DNA from: an uncultured candidate division Zixibacteria bacterium | GTDB lineage: Bacteria > Zixibacteria > MSB-5A5 > UBA10806 | Reading direction: 5' to 3' | Assembly: GCA_963801605.1 (NCBI GenBank) | Contig: CAWDFP010000006.1 | Location: 800,001-864,000 of the forward strand | DNA length: 64,000 nucleotides | Shown here: positions 29,062 through 40,379 of the stretch, in pieces | Position numbering within the stretch: the stretch's first letter is position 1 | Layout: every line of letters begins with the position of its first letter | Notes under the pieces: generated by a model | Told to the model about the DNA's origin: nothing | Databases searched by the model: none | The model's input: the letters and a program-made list of their open reading frames with translations, nothing else | Made by a program: the position numbers and the translations under genes

Positions 29062-31818
29062 ATGAACGCAAAGTTGAAAATATTTAAATTTATTAGATTC
29101 TCTAACATCAGGGAAAAACTGGCGCTTGTGTTTTCGCTGCTGATAGCGGCTATATCTCTGTTTATTCTATTATATTTTCCAGCCAGACAGAAGCATCAAG
29201 CCCTGGACGCCGTTTCTGATAAAGCCAAGAGTATCGCCCAAATGACAGCTTATAGCCTTAGCCCCGGATTATATTTTGACGATTATGATGCGGTTAAAGA
29301 AGTCCTGGAAAGCGCTAAACAAAACAAGGATATCATTCATATCTCGGTGCTTAGCGATTCTAACAAGGTTTTTTACTCTTTTGGCGATTGTAATTTACCG
29401 CACACAATCCAATCATCCTCAGATAGCGAGATTATTCGGGGAGAAAATGCTTTTCAGATTACCAGCCCTATCAACTATTCGGGTCGCCGAATTGGCCAAT
29501 TAATTCTTGATTTTTCATTGTCTTCTATCATCGATGAAATCAATCAAAGCCGCGCAACGGTTACATTGATAAGTTTGATGATATTGATTCTTGGAATGGG
29601 CACAGTATTTATATTCAGTACGATTATTACTCGTCCTTTAAGTCGAATCATTGAAACTGTGGGCTATGTGTCAAAGGGCGATTTCAGTAAGCGAGCTGAT
29701 GTGGATTCGAAAGATGAAGTCGGCATTCTCGCAAAATCATTCAATCAGATGGTGCAGAATCTTCAATCGGCACGTAATGAGCTTCAAAATCTTAACATGA
29801 CGCTGGAATTAAAGGTCAATGAGCGGACCAAAGAACTCGTTAACGAAATTGCGGAACGCAAAAGCGTCGAGGAAGCTCTTAGAGAATCCGAGATTAACTA
29901 TCGAGCGATTTTTAATGCAGCTAATGATGCCATCTTTGTACACGATCCCCTGAACGGTGCAATTTTGGATGTGAATCAGAAAATGTGCGAGTTATATGGT
30001 TACCAATTGCCAGAAACCAAAAACCTGACAGTTGAAGATATAAGCGTTGGGGCGCCATCATTTACCCAAAGAGATGCCTTAGTTAAAATTGAAAAGGCGG
30101 CCAAGGGCGTTCCGCAGCTTTTCGAGTGGGCCTCCAAGCATAAGGATGGGCATCATTTCTGGGTTGAAGTCAGTCTCAGAAAAGCAGAAATTGGAGGCAA
30201 GGAAAGAATCCTGGCAGTCGTGCGAGATATTGGAGAAAGAAAAAAAGCAGATGAGCTTTTACGACGTTCGGAAGAAAAATACCGCAGCCTGATAGAAAAT
30301 ATTTCTGATGGAGTAATGGGCACCGATTTCGAGGAAAACATATTTTTCGCTAATTCGGCATCATGCAAGATATTTGGTTATGAATTGAATGAGCTTCAAG
30401 CCATGACCTTCAGCCAACTTATAGATAAAGAGGACGCGGATAAATTCAGGGGAGAAGCGGAAAGAAAGCAGAAAGGTACCAATAGCCAATTTGAAATATC
30501 GATTATAAAAAAGGATGGCCAATCCTGCCGAGTGTTAATTTCGGCGACGCCTTACCTTGACAATAGCGGAATACTGAGAGGATCCATTTATGTTTGCACT
30601 GACGTAACGGAGTTGAAGAAAGTCGAAGCCGAAAAGCAGGAATTACGGGAAAAGCTGGCCAGGGCTCAAAGAATGGAATCGCTGGGAGTTCTAGCGGGTG
30701 GAGTGGCTCACGACCTAAACAATATCCTCGGACCGCTGGTGGCTTATCCGGATGTGATAAGAATGAAGCTTCCGCCCGAAAACCCGGTTCTTAATTACGT
30801 TAGTAAAATCGAGCAATCGGCCAAACGGGCCGCGGAAGTCGTACAGGACTTATTAACGATGGCTCGACGCGGCCGTTATGAAATGGTGCCAATACAACTT
30901 AACGAGATAATAGAGTCGTATTTGCGATCTGTCGATTTCGCCAATCATATTTCGAAGCATCCGTCGATTGAAATGAATCTTGCGCTGGAAAGATCTTTGC
31001 CTCTAATTTATGGTTCAGCATCCCATCTTTCAAAAGTAATCATGAATTTGTTAATCAATGCTATGGAGGCTATGCCCGAGGGCGGGCGGCTTACGGTTAA
31101 AACCGAATGCAAACATGTGGATAGACTGATTAGCGGATTTGGAAATATCGAACCATGCAAGTACGTAATCCTCACCGTAAGCGATACCGGCATTGGTATC
31201 GACCAGAAAGATTTGAAGCGCATATTTGAGCCATTTTATTCGAAAAAAGAAATGGGCAGAAGCGGAAGCGGGTTGGGCTTGGCAATTGTCTATGGTGTGA
31301 TAAAAGATCACAATGGTTACATCGACGTTACTACCGAACTTGGCAAAGGCAGCGATTTTCTGGTTTATTTCCCTGCCCTCAACGCTTCAGTTGTCGAAGA
31401 TAAGCAGGAAATTATCGATATACGCGGGAGCAACAGCATTCTGGTCGTTGACGATGGACAGGAACAGCGGGAATTGGCGGCCGCTACTCTTTCAAGCCTC
31501 GGGTATAAAGTGTCAGTCGCCGCGAGCGGCAGGGAAGCGGTTGAATATATTAAAGCGCATAATGTAGATATGGTTATTCTCGATATGATAATGGAAGATG
31601 ATTTTGATGGGCTTGATACTTATCGTGAAATTATCAAGTTCCAACCCCAGCAGAAAGCCATTATCGCCAGCGGTTTTGCCGAGACCGATCGCGTGAAGGA
31701 AGCGGAAAGACTCGGAGTCAATATGTATGTTCGCAAACCTTACACGATGCAAACCCTGGGAAAGGCGATCAGGCAGGTCTTAGCCGAACGGCCAATTAAA
31801 GAAAAGGTTTCGGTTTAA
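29062..31818 (+). CDS. Membrane hybrid histidine kinase (TM-sensor-TM-HAMP-2xPAS-HisKA-HATPase-REC)
   Basis: HAMP DEVGILAKSFNQM, H-box LAGGVAHDLNN, GSGLGL, C-terminal receiver. Confidence 0.93.
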   Translation: MNAKLKIFKFIRFSNIREKLALVFSLLIAAISLFILLYFPARQKHQALDAVSDKAKSIAQMTAYSLSPGLYFDDYDAVKEVLESAKQNKDIIHISVLSDSNKVFYSFGDCNLPHTIQSSSDSEIIRGENAFQITSPINYSGRRIGQLILDFSLSSIIDEINQSRATVTLISLMILILGMGTVFIFSTIITRPLSRIIETVGYVSKGDFSKRADVDSKDEVGILAKSFNQMVQNLQSARNELQNLNMTLELKVNERTKELVNEIAERKSVEEALRESEINYRAIFNAANDAIFVHDPLNGAILDVNQKMCELYGYQLPETKNLTVEDISVGAPSFTQRDALVKIEKAAKGVPQLFEWASKHKDGHHFWVEVSLRKAEIGGKERILAVVRDIGERKKADELLRRSEEKYRSLIENISDGVMGTDFEENIFFANSASCKIFGYELNELQAMTFSQLIDKEDADKFRGEAERKQKGTNSQFEISIIKKDGQSCRVLISATPYLDNSGILRGSIYVCTDVTELKKVEAEKQELREKLARAQRMESLGVLAGGVAHDLNNILGPLVAYPDVIRMKLPPENPVLNYVSKIEQSAKRAAEVVQDLLTMARRGRYEMVPIQLNEIIESYLRSVDFANHISKHPSIEMNLALERSLPLIYGSASHLSKVIMNLLINAMEAMPEGGRLTVKTECKHVDRLISGFGNIEPCKYVILTVSDTGIGIDQKDLKRIFEPFYSKKEMGRSGSGLGLAIVYGVIKDHNGYIDVTTELGKGSDFLVYFPALNASVVEDKQEIIDIRGSNSILVVDDGQEQRELAAATLSSLGYKVSVAASGREAVEYIKAHNVDMVILDMIMEDDFDGLDTYREIIKFQPQQKAIIASGFAETDRVKEAERLGVNMYVRKPYTMQTLGKAIRQVLAERPIKEKVSV

Positions 31819-31849
31819 TATAATTGATCTGAAGAAGAAGCCGAAAGAA

Positions 31850-32758
31850 TCAAATTACCTGCTGAGTTTTGTGAAATACCTCGAAAATTGCCATAACGGC
31901 GGGATGGCTGACACGCCGTTCAGCCGTCACCGCATAAAACCTTTCTCGAATTTGCGGTAAATTTAAGAGTACTTTCAGGCCTAATTGTTTGCAAATGATC
32001 TTCTCAATAAAAGTTGGAATTCCTAAAATGCCGAGCCCCTCCTGGCCAAAAGCCGCGAGCAACGCGCCGTCCTCAAACTCGGCGCGCACATTTGGCCTGA
32101 TTTGTTGTTCTCCAAACCATTCATCCAAAACCCTTCTTTGAGTAGTATTTCCCGTAGCCAGCAAAAACGGTGCTCCATCGAGGGAACGCGGGAGTCTTGC
32201 TTTATACTTTTTAATCATTTGGGGAGTGGCTAATAGACTCGTGCCGCTTTCGACCAGCAGATGATTAAAAACCCTGAAGCCGGCCGATGGCGAAACAGGC
32301 GCGTCTACAAGCAGCATATCAAGGGCGTGAATAACAAGATCGGGCAACAATCTTTCTGGTTGGCCTTCACGGCAAATTAACCTGACATCGATTTTCAAGT
32401 TTTGGACCGGTTCTAAAATCTTTTTGACGATTTGTTTGGATATCACATCGACGATTCCAACGGTGAATATCAGCGGTTTTCCGGTAGGTCTGTCATGCAC
32501 GGTATCGATCATTTCGTGGCCGAGACGGAAAATTTCATCGGCATATTGGAATACGGTTCGGCCCATTTCTGTCATCTCGAGTTTCCTGCCTCGCCGCATG
32601 AACAGCTCTTCCCCAAGAGATGATTGAAATTCATGCAATTGTCCGCTTACTGTGGATGGAGCCAGGTTGAGCTTGTGGGCCGCTCGCGTAAGTCCGCCCT
32701 CCTTTACTACAGTCCAGAAATAAAGCAAATGATGATAATTCAACCATTCCATGTGCAT
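31850..32758 (-). CDS. nhaR: LysR-family regulator, NhaR-like
   Basis: N-terminus WLNYHHLLYFWTVVKEG is characteristic of the NhaR subfamily. Confidence 0.8.
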   Translation of the reverse strand: MHMEWLNYHHLLYFWTVVKEGGLTRAAHKLNLAPSTVSGQLHEFQSSLGEELFMRRGRKLEMTEMGRTVFQYADEIFRLGHEMIDTVHDRPTGKPLIFTVGIVDVISKQIVKKILEPVQNLKIDVRLICREGQPERLLPDLVIHALDMLLVDAPVSPSAGFRVFNHLLVESGTSLLATPQMIKKYKARLPRSLDGAPFLLATGNTTQRRVLDEWFGEQQIRPNVRAEFEDGALLAAFGQEGLGILGIPTFIEKIICKQLGLKVLLNLPQIRERFYAVTAERRVSHPAVMAIFEVFHKTQQVI

Positions 32759-32765
32759 AATATAT

Positions 32766-32810
32766 TTCGATTATTTCGAATTTACCATTAGAATCTTCCA
32801 TATTGACGAA
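32766..32810. promoter_or_regulatory. Putative LysR operator pair
   Basis: TTCG-N7-CGAA (32766-32780) and TTCC-N7-CGAA (32796-32810), fitting T-N11-A, between the LysR gene and the divergent ATPase. Confidence 0.5.
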
Positions 32811-32929
32811 TTATTTAAAACGCTTATCATCATATCGGTTGAAAATATTTAAGGGGATTATGAAATGCCCATGATGCGAAATGGACACCCTCGATGGGCT
32901 CAAGTCCAAAGAAATATCGATAATTATCA

Positions 32930-35477
32930 ATGGAATCATTTTTCGAACAAAATAAAATAGTTGGCCTGACAAAGCAGGAAGCTGCCAGTCGTCTTGAAGC
33001 TGAAGGTTATAACATGCTTCCATCTTCAAAGCCTCGGAGCGTTCTGCAAATTGCATTCGAGGTGGTTCGGGAACCAATGTTCCTGCTATTATTAGCCTGT
33101 GGGATTTTATATCTAATTTCCGGAGATAAAGAAGAGGCTTTGATGCTTCTCGGCTTTGTATTCGTAGTAATGGGCATAACGTTCTACCAGGAACGAAAGA
33201 CTGAAAGGGCCCTTGAAGCGTTAAAGGACTTGTCGAGCCCCCGAGCCTTAGTAATTAGAGATGGGAATAAGGAACGAATTTCCGGACGAGAGGTCGTCCG
33301 CGGCGATATAATGTTGTTATCCGAAGGCGATAGAGTCCCGGCGGACGCTATCATTTTATCGAGTTTGAATTTCCATGTAGATGAATCTCTTCTTACCGGT
33401 GAATCAATCCCCGTTCGAAAAACTGTCGCAGCTGAACCTTGTGAAATGGATCGTCCTGGGGGAGATGATACTCCTTTTGCCTTCTCCGGGACATTGGTTG
33501 TTAAAGGTCAGGCTATTGTCGAAGCTAAGGCGACCGGAATTAATACCGAGATAGGTAAAATTGGCAAAGCTTTACAGACAGTAGAAAGTGAAAGAACTCC
33601 GTTACAGCGTCAGACGGGCCGAATCGTTCGCAATTTTGCACTCATAGGTTTATCATTGTGCATAATCATCGTAGTAACCTATGGTCTCACTCGCGGCAAT
33701 TGGCTTGATGGATTTTTGGCCGGGCTATCATTGGCGATGGCAATGTTGCCCGAGGAATTCCCGGTAGTATTAACAATATTCCTGGCATTGGGAGCCTGGC
33801 GAATTTCCAAGGCTAAGGTTTTGACACGCAGAATTCCGGCTGTGGAAACACTCGGCTCGGCCACCTGCCTTTGCGTAGATAAAACCGGGACGTTAACGCT
33901 TAACAAGATGTCGGTAAAAGAGCTTTTCGTGGCGGGCAGTTATTTGGACATCGGTCACGATCATTTATCACTTCCGGAACAATTCCACGAAATCGTCGAA
34001 TATAGCCTGCTGGCCAGTCCGACCGATCCCTTCGATCCGATGGAAAGGGCAATGAAGGAACTTGGCGACAGAACCTTGATTAACACCGAGCATGTTCATC
34101 GGAATTGGACGCTCTTGCGCGAATATCCTTTGTCCAAAGAAATTCTGGCAATGACCAGAGTCTGGCGATCTCCCAATGAACAAGATTTCGTAGTGGCCAC
34201 CAAGGGCGCTCCGGAGGCTATCGCCGATTTATGTCATTTGACAATCAAATGAGTATTCCAAGCTTCAACCCGTCATTGACGAAATGAGTAACCGTGGACT
34301 CCGAATTATCGGAGTAGCCGGAGCGCGTTTTAACACTGAATCTCTTCCGACCGGTCAACATGATTTTGTTTTCAATTTCATCGGATTTCTCGGACTCGCC
34401 GATCCGGTCAGACCGCAGATAAAAGACGCCTTAAAGGAATGTTATAACGCCGGCATTCGTACTATCATGATAACCGGCGACTACCCCGGAACGGCGAAAA
34501 GCATCGCCAGGCAGATTTGCCTTCGGAATCCGGATCAATCTATAACGGGACCAGAGCTCGATAACATGACAGATGAAGAGCTTTCGGAAAAAATCAAAAC
34601 CGTTAATATTTTTTCGAGAATGGTGCCCGAACAAAAACTCCGTCTGGTTAAGGTATTGAAAAATTTGGGTGAAATAGTGGCCATGACTGGTGATGGAGTT
34701 AACGATGCTCCGGCATTGAAATCGGCTCATATCGGTATCGCTATGGGTGGACGAGGCACCGATGTGGCGCGCGAAGCGGCTTCGATAGTACTTCTTGAGG
34801 ATGATTTCAATTCGATTGTTCAGGCCATAAAGATGGGGCGGAGAATATTCGACAACCTGAAAAAGGCGATGATGTTTATATTTTCCGTGCATATTCCGAT
34901 CGCAGGTTTATCGTTGATACCAGTTTTATTTAAGTGGCCGCTGGCCTTATTTCCGGTTCATATCGTATTCCTCGAATTGATTATCGATCCTGCCTGCTCG
35001 ATAGTATTTGAGGCGGAAGCCGCTGAGAAAAATATAATGGACAGACCTCCGCGGCCGGTTAATTATAGACTATTCGGTATACGTTCGCTGACTTTGGGAT
35101 TAGTCCAGGGACTTATTATATTAGGCAGCGTCATCGGGGTTTATCGCTGGGGATTTGTTGCGCACGGCGAACAGGTTGCCCGGGCCCTTGCTTTTATCAC
35201 TCTGGTTATAGCCAATTTGGGATTAATCCTGACTAACCGTTCCAGATATCAATCCATTATTAAAACTATGCAAATTAAAAGCCCAACTTCATGGTGGATA
35301 ATTGGCGGAACGCTGGTATTTTTAAGCCTCGTCATTTTTGTACCTGTTCTACGGGAAATATTTCGCTTTGACGCTTTACATCAAATCGATCTTATAATAT
35401 GTCTGGCAGTGGCGATAGTCAGTACTGTAATGCTGGAAATATTGAAGATGAGGCCGATTAAATATTTATTTGATTAA
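32930..35477 (+). CDS. Cation-transporting P-type ATPase, P-II type (split by one extra base near 34244)
   Basis: TGES, PEEF, DKTGT, KGAPE in the first ORF; TGD and [10 protein letters not shown] in the second; frames join as [17 protein letters not shown]. Confidence 0.9.
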
Positions 35478-35500
35478 AAGAAAAAGGATGAAATATTCTT

Positions 35501-36274
35501 ATGGCAGCGATTAAAAACAGATATATACGTTATGGCATTCTTACCATCGTTTTAGGTTTGACTATCTACCTTGCTCTGGGATTTGGAACGCGTTCCTTTG
35601 AAGCTTATTGTCCATTTGGCGGAGTTGAAAGCCTGTGGGGACTATTTACCATGGGTAATTTTTCCTGCACCCTTGGGCCTCTCAATTTATCGCTTATGCT
35701 GGTTTTGATAGCCCTGGTGATATTATCCAAAAAATCGTTTTGCGGTTGGGCCTGCCCTATCGGATTCCTGGGAGAACTATTCGGGCGGATCGGTGGGAAA
35801 GCATGGAAAAAACGTCCTAAGGTACCGAGAAATATCAACAACCGGATAAAATTATTGCGTTATGTAGTCCTGGCTGTTGCCTTATTTTTTACCTATCGAA
35901 CTGGTGAATTGATACTGCGGGGTTATGATCCCTTTTTCCTGATATTCTCCGGTTTCGGACATGGCAGCCTGGGGACAATTTCCTTAATTGTGCTGATCCT
36001 TACAGCCATAGGCTCGTTTATTATCCCGATGTTTTTCTGCCGGTATCTTTGCCCTATGGGCGCGGTTTTCGATCCATTCAGCAGGCTGGGATTAATCAAA
36101 ATTAAAAGAAATGATTCAACCTGCACGGCGTGCGGAAACTGCAGTGATGCCTGCCCGCATGATATCCCGGTTCAAACACTTCAATTCGTGCGGAATCGCG
36201 ATTGTACAAATTGCCTGGAATGTGTGGATGCTTGCCCGGAAAAAGGAACCCTTGAGCTACGAGCTGGATTGTAG
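35501..36274 (+). CDS. Membrane 4Fe-4S binding protein (NapH/MauN-like)
   Basis: FCGWACP, FCRYLCP and two CxxCxxCxxxCP motifs; hydrophobic helices. Confidence 0.88.
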   Translation: MAAIKNRYIRYGILTIVLGLTIYLALGFGTRSFEAYCPFGGVESLWGLFTMGNFSCTLGPLNLSLMLVLIALVILSKKSFCGWACPIGFLGELFGRIGGKAWKKRPKVPRNINNRIKLLRYVVLAVALFFTYRTGELILRGYDPFFLIFSGFGHGSLGTISLIVLILTAIGSFIIPMFFCRYLCPMGAVFDPFSRLGLIKIKRNDSTCTACGNCSDACPHDIPVQTLQFVRNRDCTNCLECVDACPEKGTLELRAGL

Positions 36275-36282
36275 GAGGAATT

Positions 36283-36645
36283 ATGCGGATACCACGATTA
36301 GTCATTCCAATATTAATAGCTCTGGCGCTCTTTGGCGGATATTTTCTGCGGAAGGCATTCACGCAGCCGACGACAAGCGTTACTTATGCGAGTAAAACGG
36401 GAAAAATGTCGGTATTTGTCGTTGACGGTTTGAAATGCTACGGGACCGCCTCATTTTTCTCATCGCTCTATGATAGTGTCCCCGGAGTCTACGCGATCCA
36501 GACCTATGCCACTGAACATAAAGCTGTATTCAATTATGCGCCCGAAATGATAAGTCAGGATAGCATCAAAGCAATAATGGAATCTATGATTTTATTCGAT
36601 GACGGTTCGACCTCGCAGATATTTAAATGCCTGTCTGTGGAATGA
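36283..36645 (+). CDS. Small membrane-anchored protein with HMA-like fold
   Basis: Strong AGGAGG RBS; N-terminal TM; VDGLKCYGT resembles HMA GMxCxxC without the second Cys. Confidence 0.65.
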   Translation: MRIPRLVIPILIALALFGGYFLRKAFTQPTTSVTYASKTGKMSVFVVDGLKCYGTASFFSSLYDSVPGVYAIQTYATEHKAVFNYAPEMISQDSIKAIMESMILFDDGSTSQIFKCLSVE

Positions 36646-36712
36646 TTAATTCCGTTCAAATAAATTATGAATAATCTATGATTTTATGACCGGAATTTGG
36701 AGATTTTCGCTT

Positions 36713-37810
36713 TTATTGATTGTTGATAACCGCGGCTTGATTATATTCCGCCATCAATTTTGCAATCAATTCCTTAACGGAGATTATTTCGTTTATGCGA
36801 TAAACGTTTGCGCCTGCGAATGCAAATCCGTTTTTGAAAGATCCTTTTTGCGCGCTGATGAGCGCTCCCGCAATACAGTATGATGTGTTTTTATAGTCGC
36901 AGGTAATAATACAGTGATAAGGGCATTTGAATGGCTTTTTCAATCCCGACGCTACATCATCGATATACTTATTTCGAATCGCCCGGCCGGGCATTCCCAC
37001 CGGGCTTTTGATAATAACAACATCCTCTGCTCTGGCATCGATATACATCCTCTTAAATGAGATATCGGCATCGCACTCATGAGTTGCAACAAATCGGGTT
37101 CCCATCTGTACTCCGCCCACGCCGATATCCATGAAATTCCTCATATCGCCGCCGGTGTATATACCGCCTGCTGCGATTACCGGAATGCTTTTACCGGAAC
37201 TCTTCGCGTAACCGGCCACCTCGACGAGGACTGCGGGGATTAATTTCTCCAGGGCATAAGCCGGATCTGTTAGCTGCTCCTCTTTAAAGCCAAGATGACC
37301 ACCTGCCTTGGGCCCTTCAACGACGAAGGCGTCAGGCAGATAATCATATCTGCTTAGCCAGGTTCTGCAAATCAGGCCGGCTGCTCTTGCAGATGATACT
37401 ATTGGCACCAATGCTGTTTTGGAATTCGGTTTTAGAAAACTTGGGAGAGTCAACGGGAGCCCGGCCCCGGAAAATATAATATCGATTTTCTCTTCTATTG
37501 CCGTTCTGACCAGGTCGGCATAGTTGGACACAGCCACCATGATATTCAAGCCTAGAATGCCCTCAGTCATTGATCTGGCCTTGCGGATTTCGTTTCGCAA
37601 CGCTCGAATATTCGATTTTATATAATTCGAATAGAAATCGGTTTCTCTCATGCCGATACCCGCCGCGGCAATTACACCTATGCCACCCTCATTAGCCACC
37701 GCTGATGCCAGCCCGGCCAAAGATATACCCACACCCATTCCGCCCTGGATAATCGGTAGGGAAGCGGATCTATTTCCTATGGATAAAGATCTTAATTTTT
37801 GAAAAGGCAC
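36713..37810 (-). CDS. Nitronate monooxygenase / FabK-like FMN oxidoreductase family protein
   Basis: PIIQGGMGVGIS, EGPKAGGH, AAGGI, GVQMGTRF motifs. Confidence 0.9.
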   Translation of the reverse strand: MPFQKLRSLSIGNRSASLPIIQGGMGVGISLAGLASAVANEGGIGVIAAAGIGMRETDFYSNYIKSNIRALRNEIRKARSMTEGILGLNIMVAVSNYADLVRTAIEEKIDIIFSGAGLPLTLPSFLKPNSKTALVPIVSSARAAGLICRTWLSRYDYLPDAFVVEGPKAGGHLGFKEEQLTDPAYALEKLIPAVLVEVAGYAKSSGKSIPVIAAGGIYTGGDMRNFMDIGVGGVQMGTRFVATHECDADISFKRMYIDARAEDVVIIKSPVGMPGRAIRNKYIDDVASGLKKPFKCPYHCIITCDYKNTSYCIAGALISAQKGSFKNGFAFAGANVYRINEIISVKELIAKLMAEYNQAAVINNQ

Positions 37811-38421
37811 TACGAGGATTAACTTTCCCCGAGTTGGGATCTGGTAAAATTAGATACGTGGCAAGGGGGCTGTGTCAAAATCGATTTCCTATTCTTACTT
37901 ATAATTGTTGATGGCGATTTCGGACTAATCCAAGATTTGTAAGTCCGGACAACCCTTTCCCGACTGATTCCACACTTCAAATTCGCCAAATACTATCCCA
38001 ATTCTTATTCGATAGCGGATGTCTTTGATTTAAAACACACGGTATCAAATATAATTCAATATAATTGAAAATCGTCTAAAATCAAAGCCTTTCCCTTCAA
38101 ATGAGAAAGTATAGCTGTCAATGCAGATATGACATTAAGCAAAAAAACCTGATTTTTCGCATAAAGCGAAACATATACATGTGTTACTGTGTTTATCAAT
38201 TTACATGATTATTGTATCGAATCATCCGATAATATAAAATAGGGCTTGTAGAATTCGTTCTAACCTTTTATATTAGGGCGAGTTTGTATTGGCCCGGGCG
38301 GCACGAGTCGAACCGGGTTTTCTTTTACATGATCCTCCCTTCAACTAATTGCAAGCGGACTATTATGTAGAGATTAATTTGGGCAGTGTTTAATCTGCCA
38401 TCGGAGAGGTTTATTAGTTTT

Positions 38422-40318
38422 ATGACAGCAGTTAAGCATATACGCAACGTCGCCATTATTGCGCATATCGATCACGGGAAAACGACCATGATTGATTCCA
38501 TCTTTCGGGCTACCCGGACATTCAGGGATAATCAGCAGATGGCCGAAAGACTGATGGATAATAATGATCTGGAACGGGAACGGGGAATTACAATCCGAGC
38601 TAAACATTGTACAGTCAGTTGGAAAAAATATCTCATAAATATTATCGATACGCCCGGCCATGCCGATTTCTCCGGAGAGGTGGAGCGAGTCCTTTCGATG
38701 GTTGATTCGGTTTTGCTGCTGGTAGACGCCAATGAAGGCCCCATGCCTCAAACTCGATATGTATTGATGCGGGCGCTGCGTTTGGGATTATGCCCTATCG
38801 TAATTATCAACAAAGTCGATCGTCCCCATGCCCGGCCTGATTATGCTCTAAATAAGACTTTCGATCTCTTTATCGATCTGGGGGCAAACGAAAAGCAAGC
38901 GCATTTCCCGGTCCTCTTTCGGTTCAGGGCTTGATGGCTGGTTTGTCAGAGATCTGGACAATGATCCGCATGAAGGGATGGATGCCCTGTTCGAAACATT
39001 AATCGAACATGTACCCCCTCCCAAAGTTGATCATGGCGGTCCGTTTCAGATGCAGGTAAGCACCCTGGCCTGGAGCGATTACATCGGCCAGATAGGCTGC
39101 GGGCGAGTACTGAGCGGTTCACTAAATATCGGTGAAGAATTTACCAGATTCGTAATGCGCTGGAAAGATCCGTCAAATCAGGAAGCCGGCTGGGAACTGG
39201 TTAAATCATCCAAAGAAAAAGGCGTTCATCTTTGGGTAACCCGCGGCTTAAAACGAACTGAAGTTGATCATATCAGCGCCGGCGATATTGTTTGGTTGGC
39301 TGGTCCCAGTGAAATCGGCATTGGTGATACTTTTTCGGCTAACGAAGATCCAGCATCGGCTCTTAAACCTTTAGAAATCGAGGAGCCGACTGTATCGATG
39401 TTTTTTCTCGTCAATACCGGACCATTTTCCGGATTCGATGGTACCGCTATTACGCTTCGCCAGTTAAAAGAGCGCCTGACTCGCGAACTACGCACCAATG
39501 TAGCCTTGCGTATGGAAGACCAGGGACAGGCCGATGGCGTTAAAGTGTCAGGACGGGGCGAGCTGCATCTCGCGATTTTGATCGAGGAAATGAGGCGCGA
39601 AGGGCTCGAATTCTGCGTTTCTCGACCGGAGGTTATTACTCATCTGGATAAAGATGGCAATACGCTGGAGCCTATCGAGCAGTTGATTATGGATGTCCCC
39701 GAGGAATATCAGGGAGTCATCATTGAAAAGTTGGCGAAGCGCAAAGGCGAACTAAAGACTATCGAAAATGCCGGCACCAATGTTATCCGTATTGAATTCG
39801 AGATACCTACCCGCGGATTGATTGGTTATCGCTCGGAATTCCTGACAGACACTCGCGGCCTGGGAATCATGTCGTCCCGCTTTATTGAATATAGTAATTG
39901 GCGGGGGGAGATCAATTTGCGCAACCGCGGATCAGTTATCAGCATGGATACAGGCCAGACAACTGCGTATGCAATCGAGGGACTTCAGGAACGTACGGTT
40001 ATATTTGTAGATCCGGGTGAAAAAGTATATGCCGGTCAGATTGTGGGCGAAAACTCAAGGACTCATGATTTTACTTGCAATCCCACCAAACGCAAGAATC
40101 TGACTAATCATCGATCGTCGACAAAAGATATAGCGGTTACATTGGATGTTCCGCGCAAAATGTCATTGGAACAGGCAATTGAGTGGATCGGACCGGATGA
40201 ATTGGTTGAAGTAACCCCGAAGGCGATTCGCATGCGTAAGGCAATATTAGATTCCGATGAGCGAAGACGCTCTCCTAAAAATCGAACCGGAGCTAAACAG
40301 GGAGTTGGCACGGTTTAG
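38422..40318 (+). CDS. typA: Translational GTPase TypA/BipA (split by one extra base near 38919)
   Basis: [41 protein letters not shown]; frames join as [12 protein letters not shown]. Confidence 0.92.
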
Positions 40319-40379
40319 TACCATTTACTTTTTATAACTCCCTAAGATTAGTAAAAGAGAGGATTATTAGATCAATACT

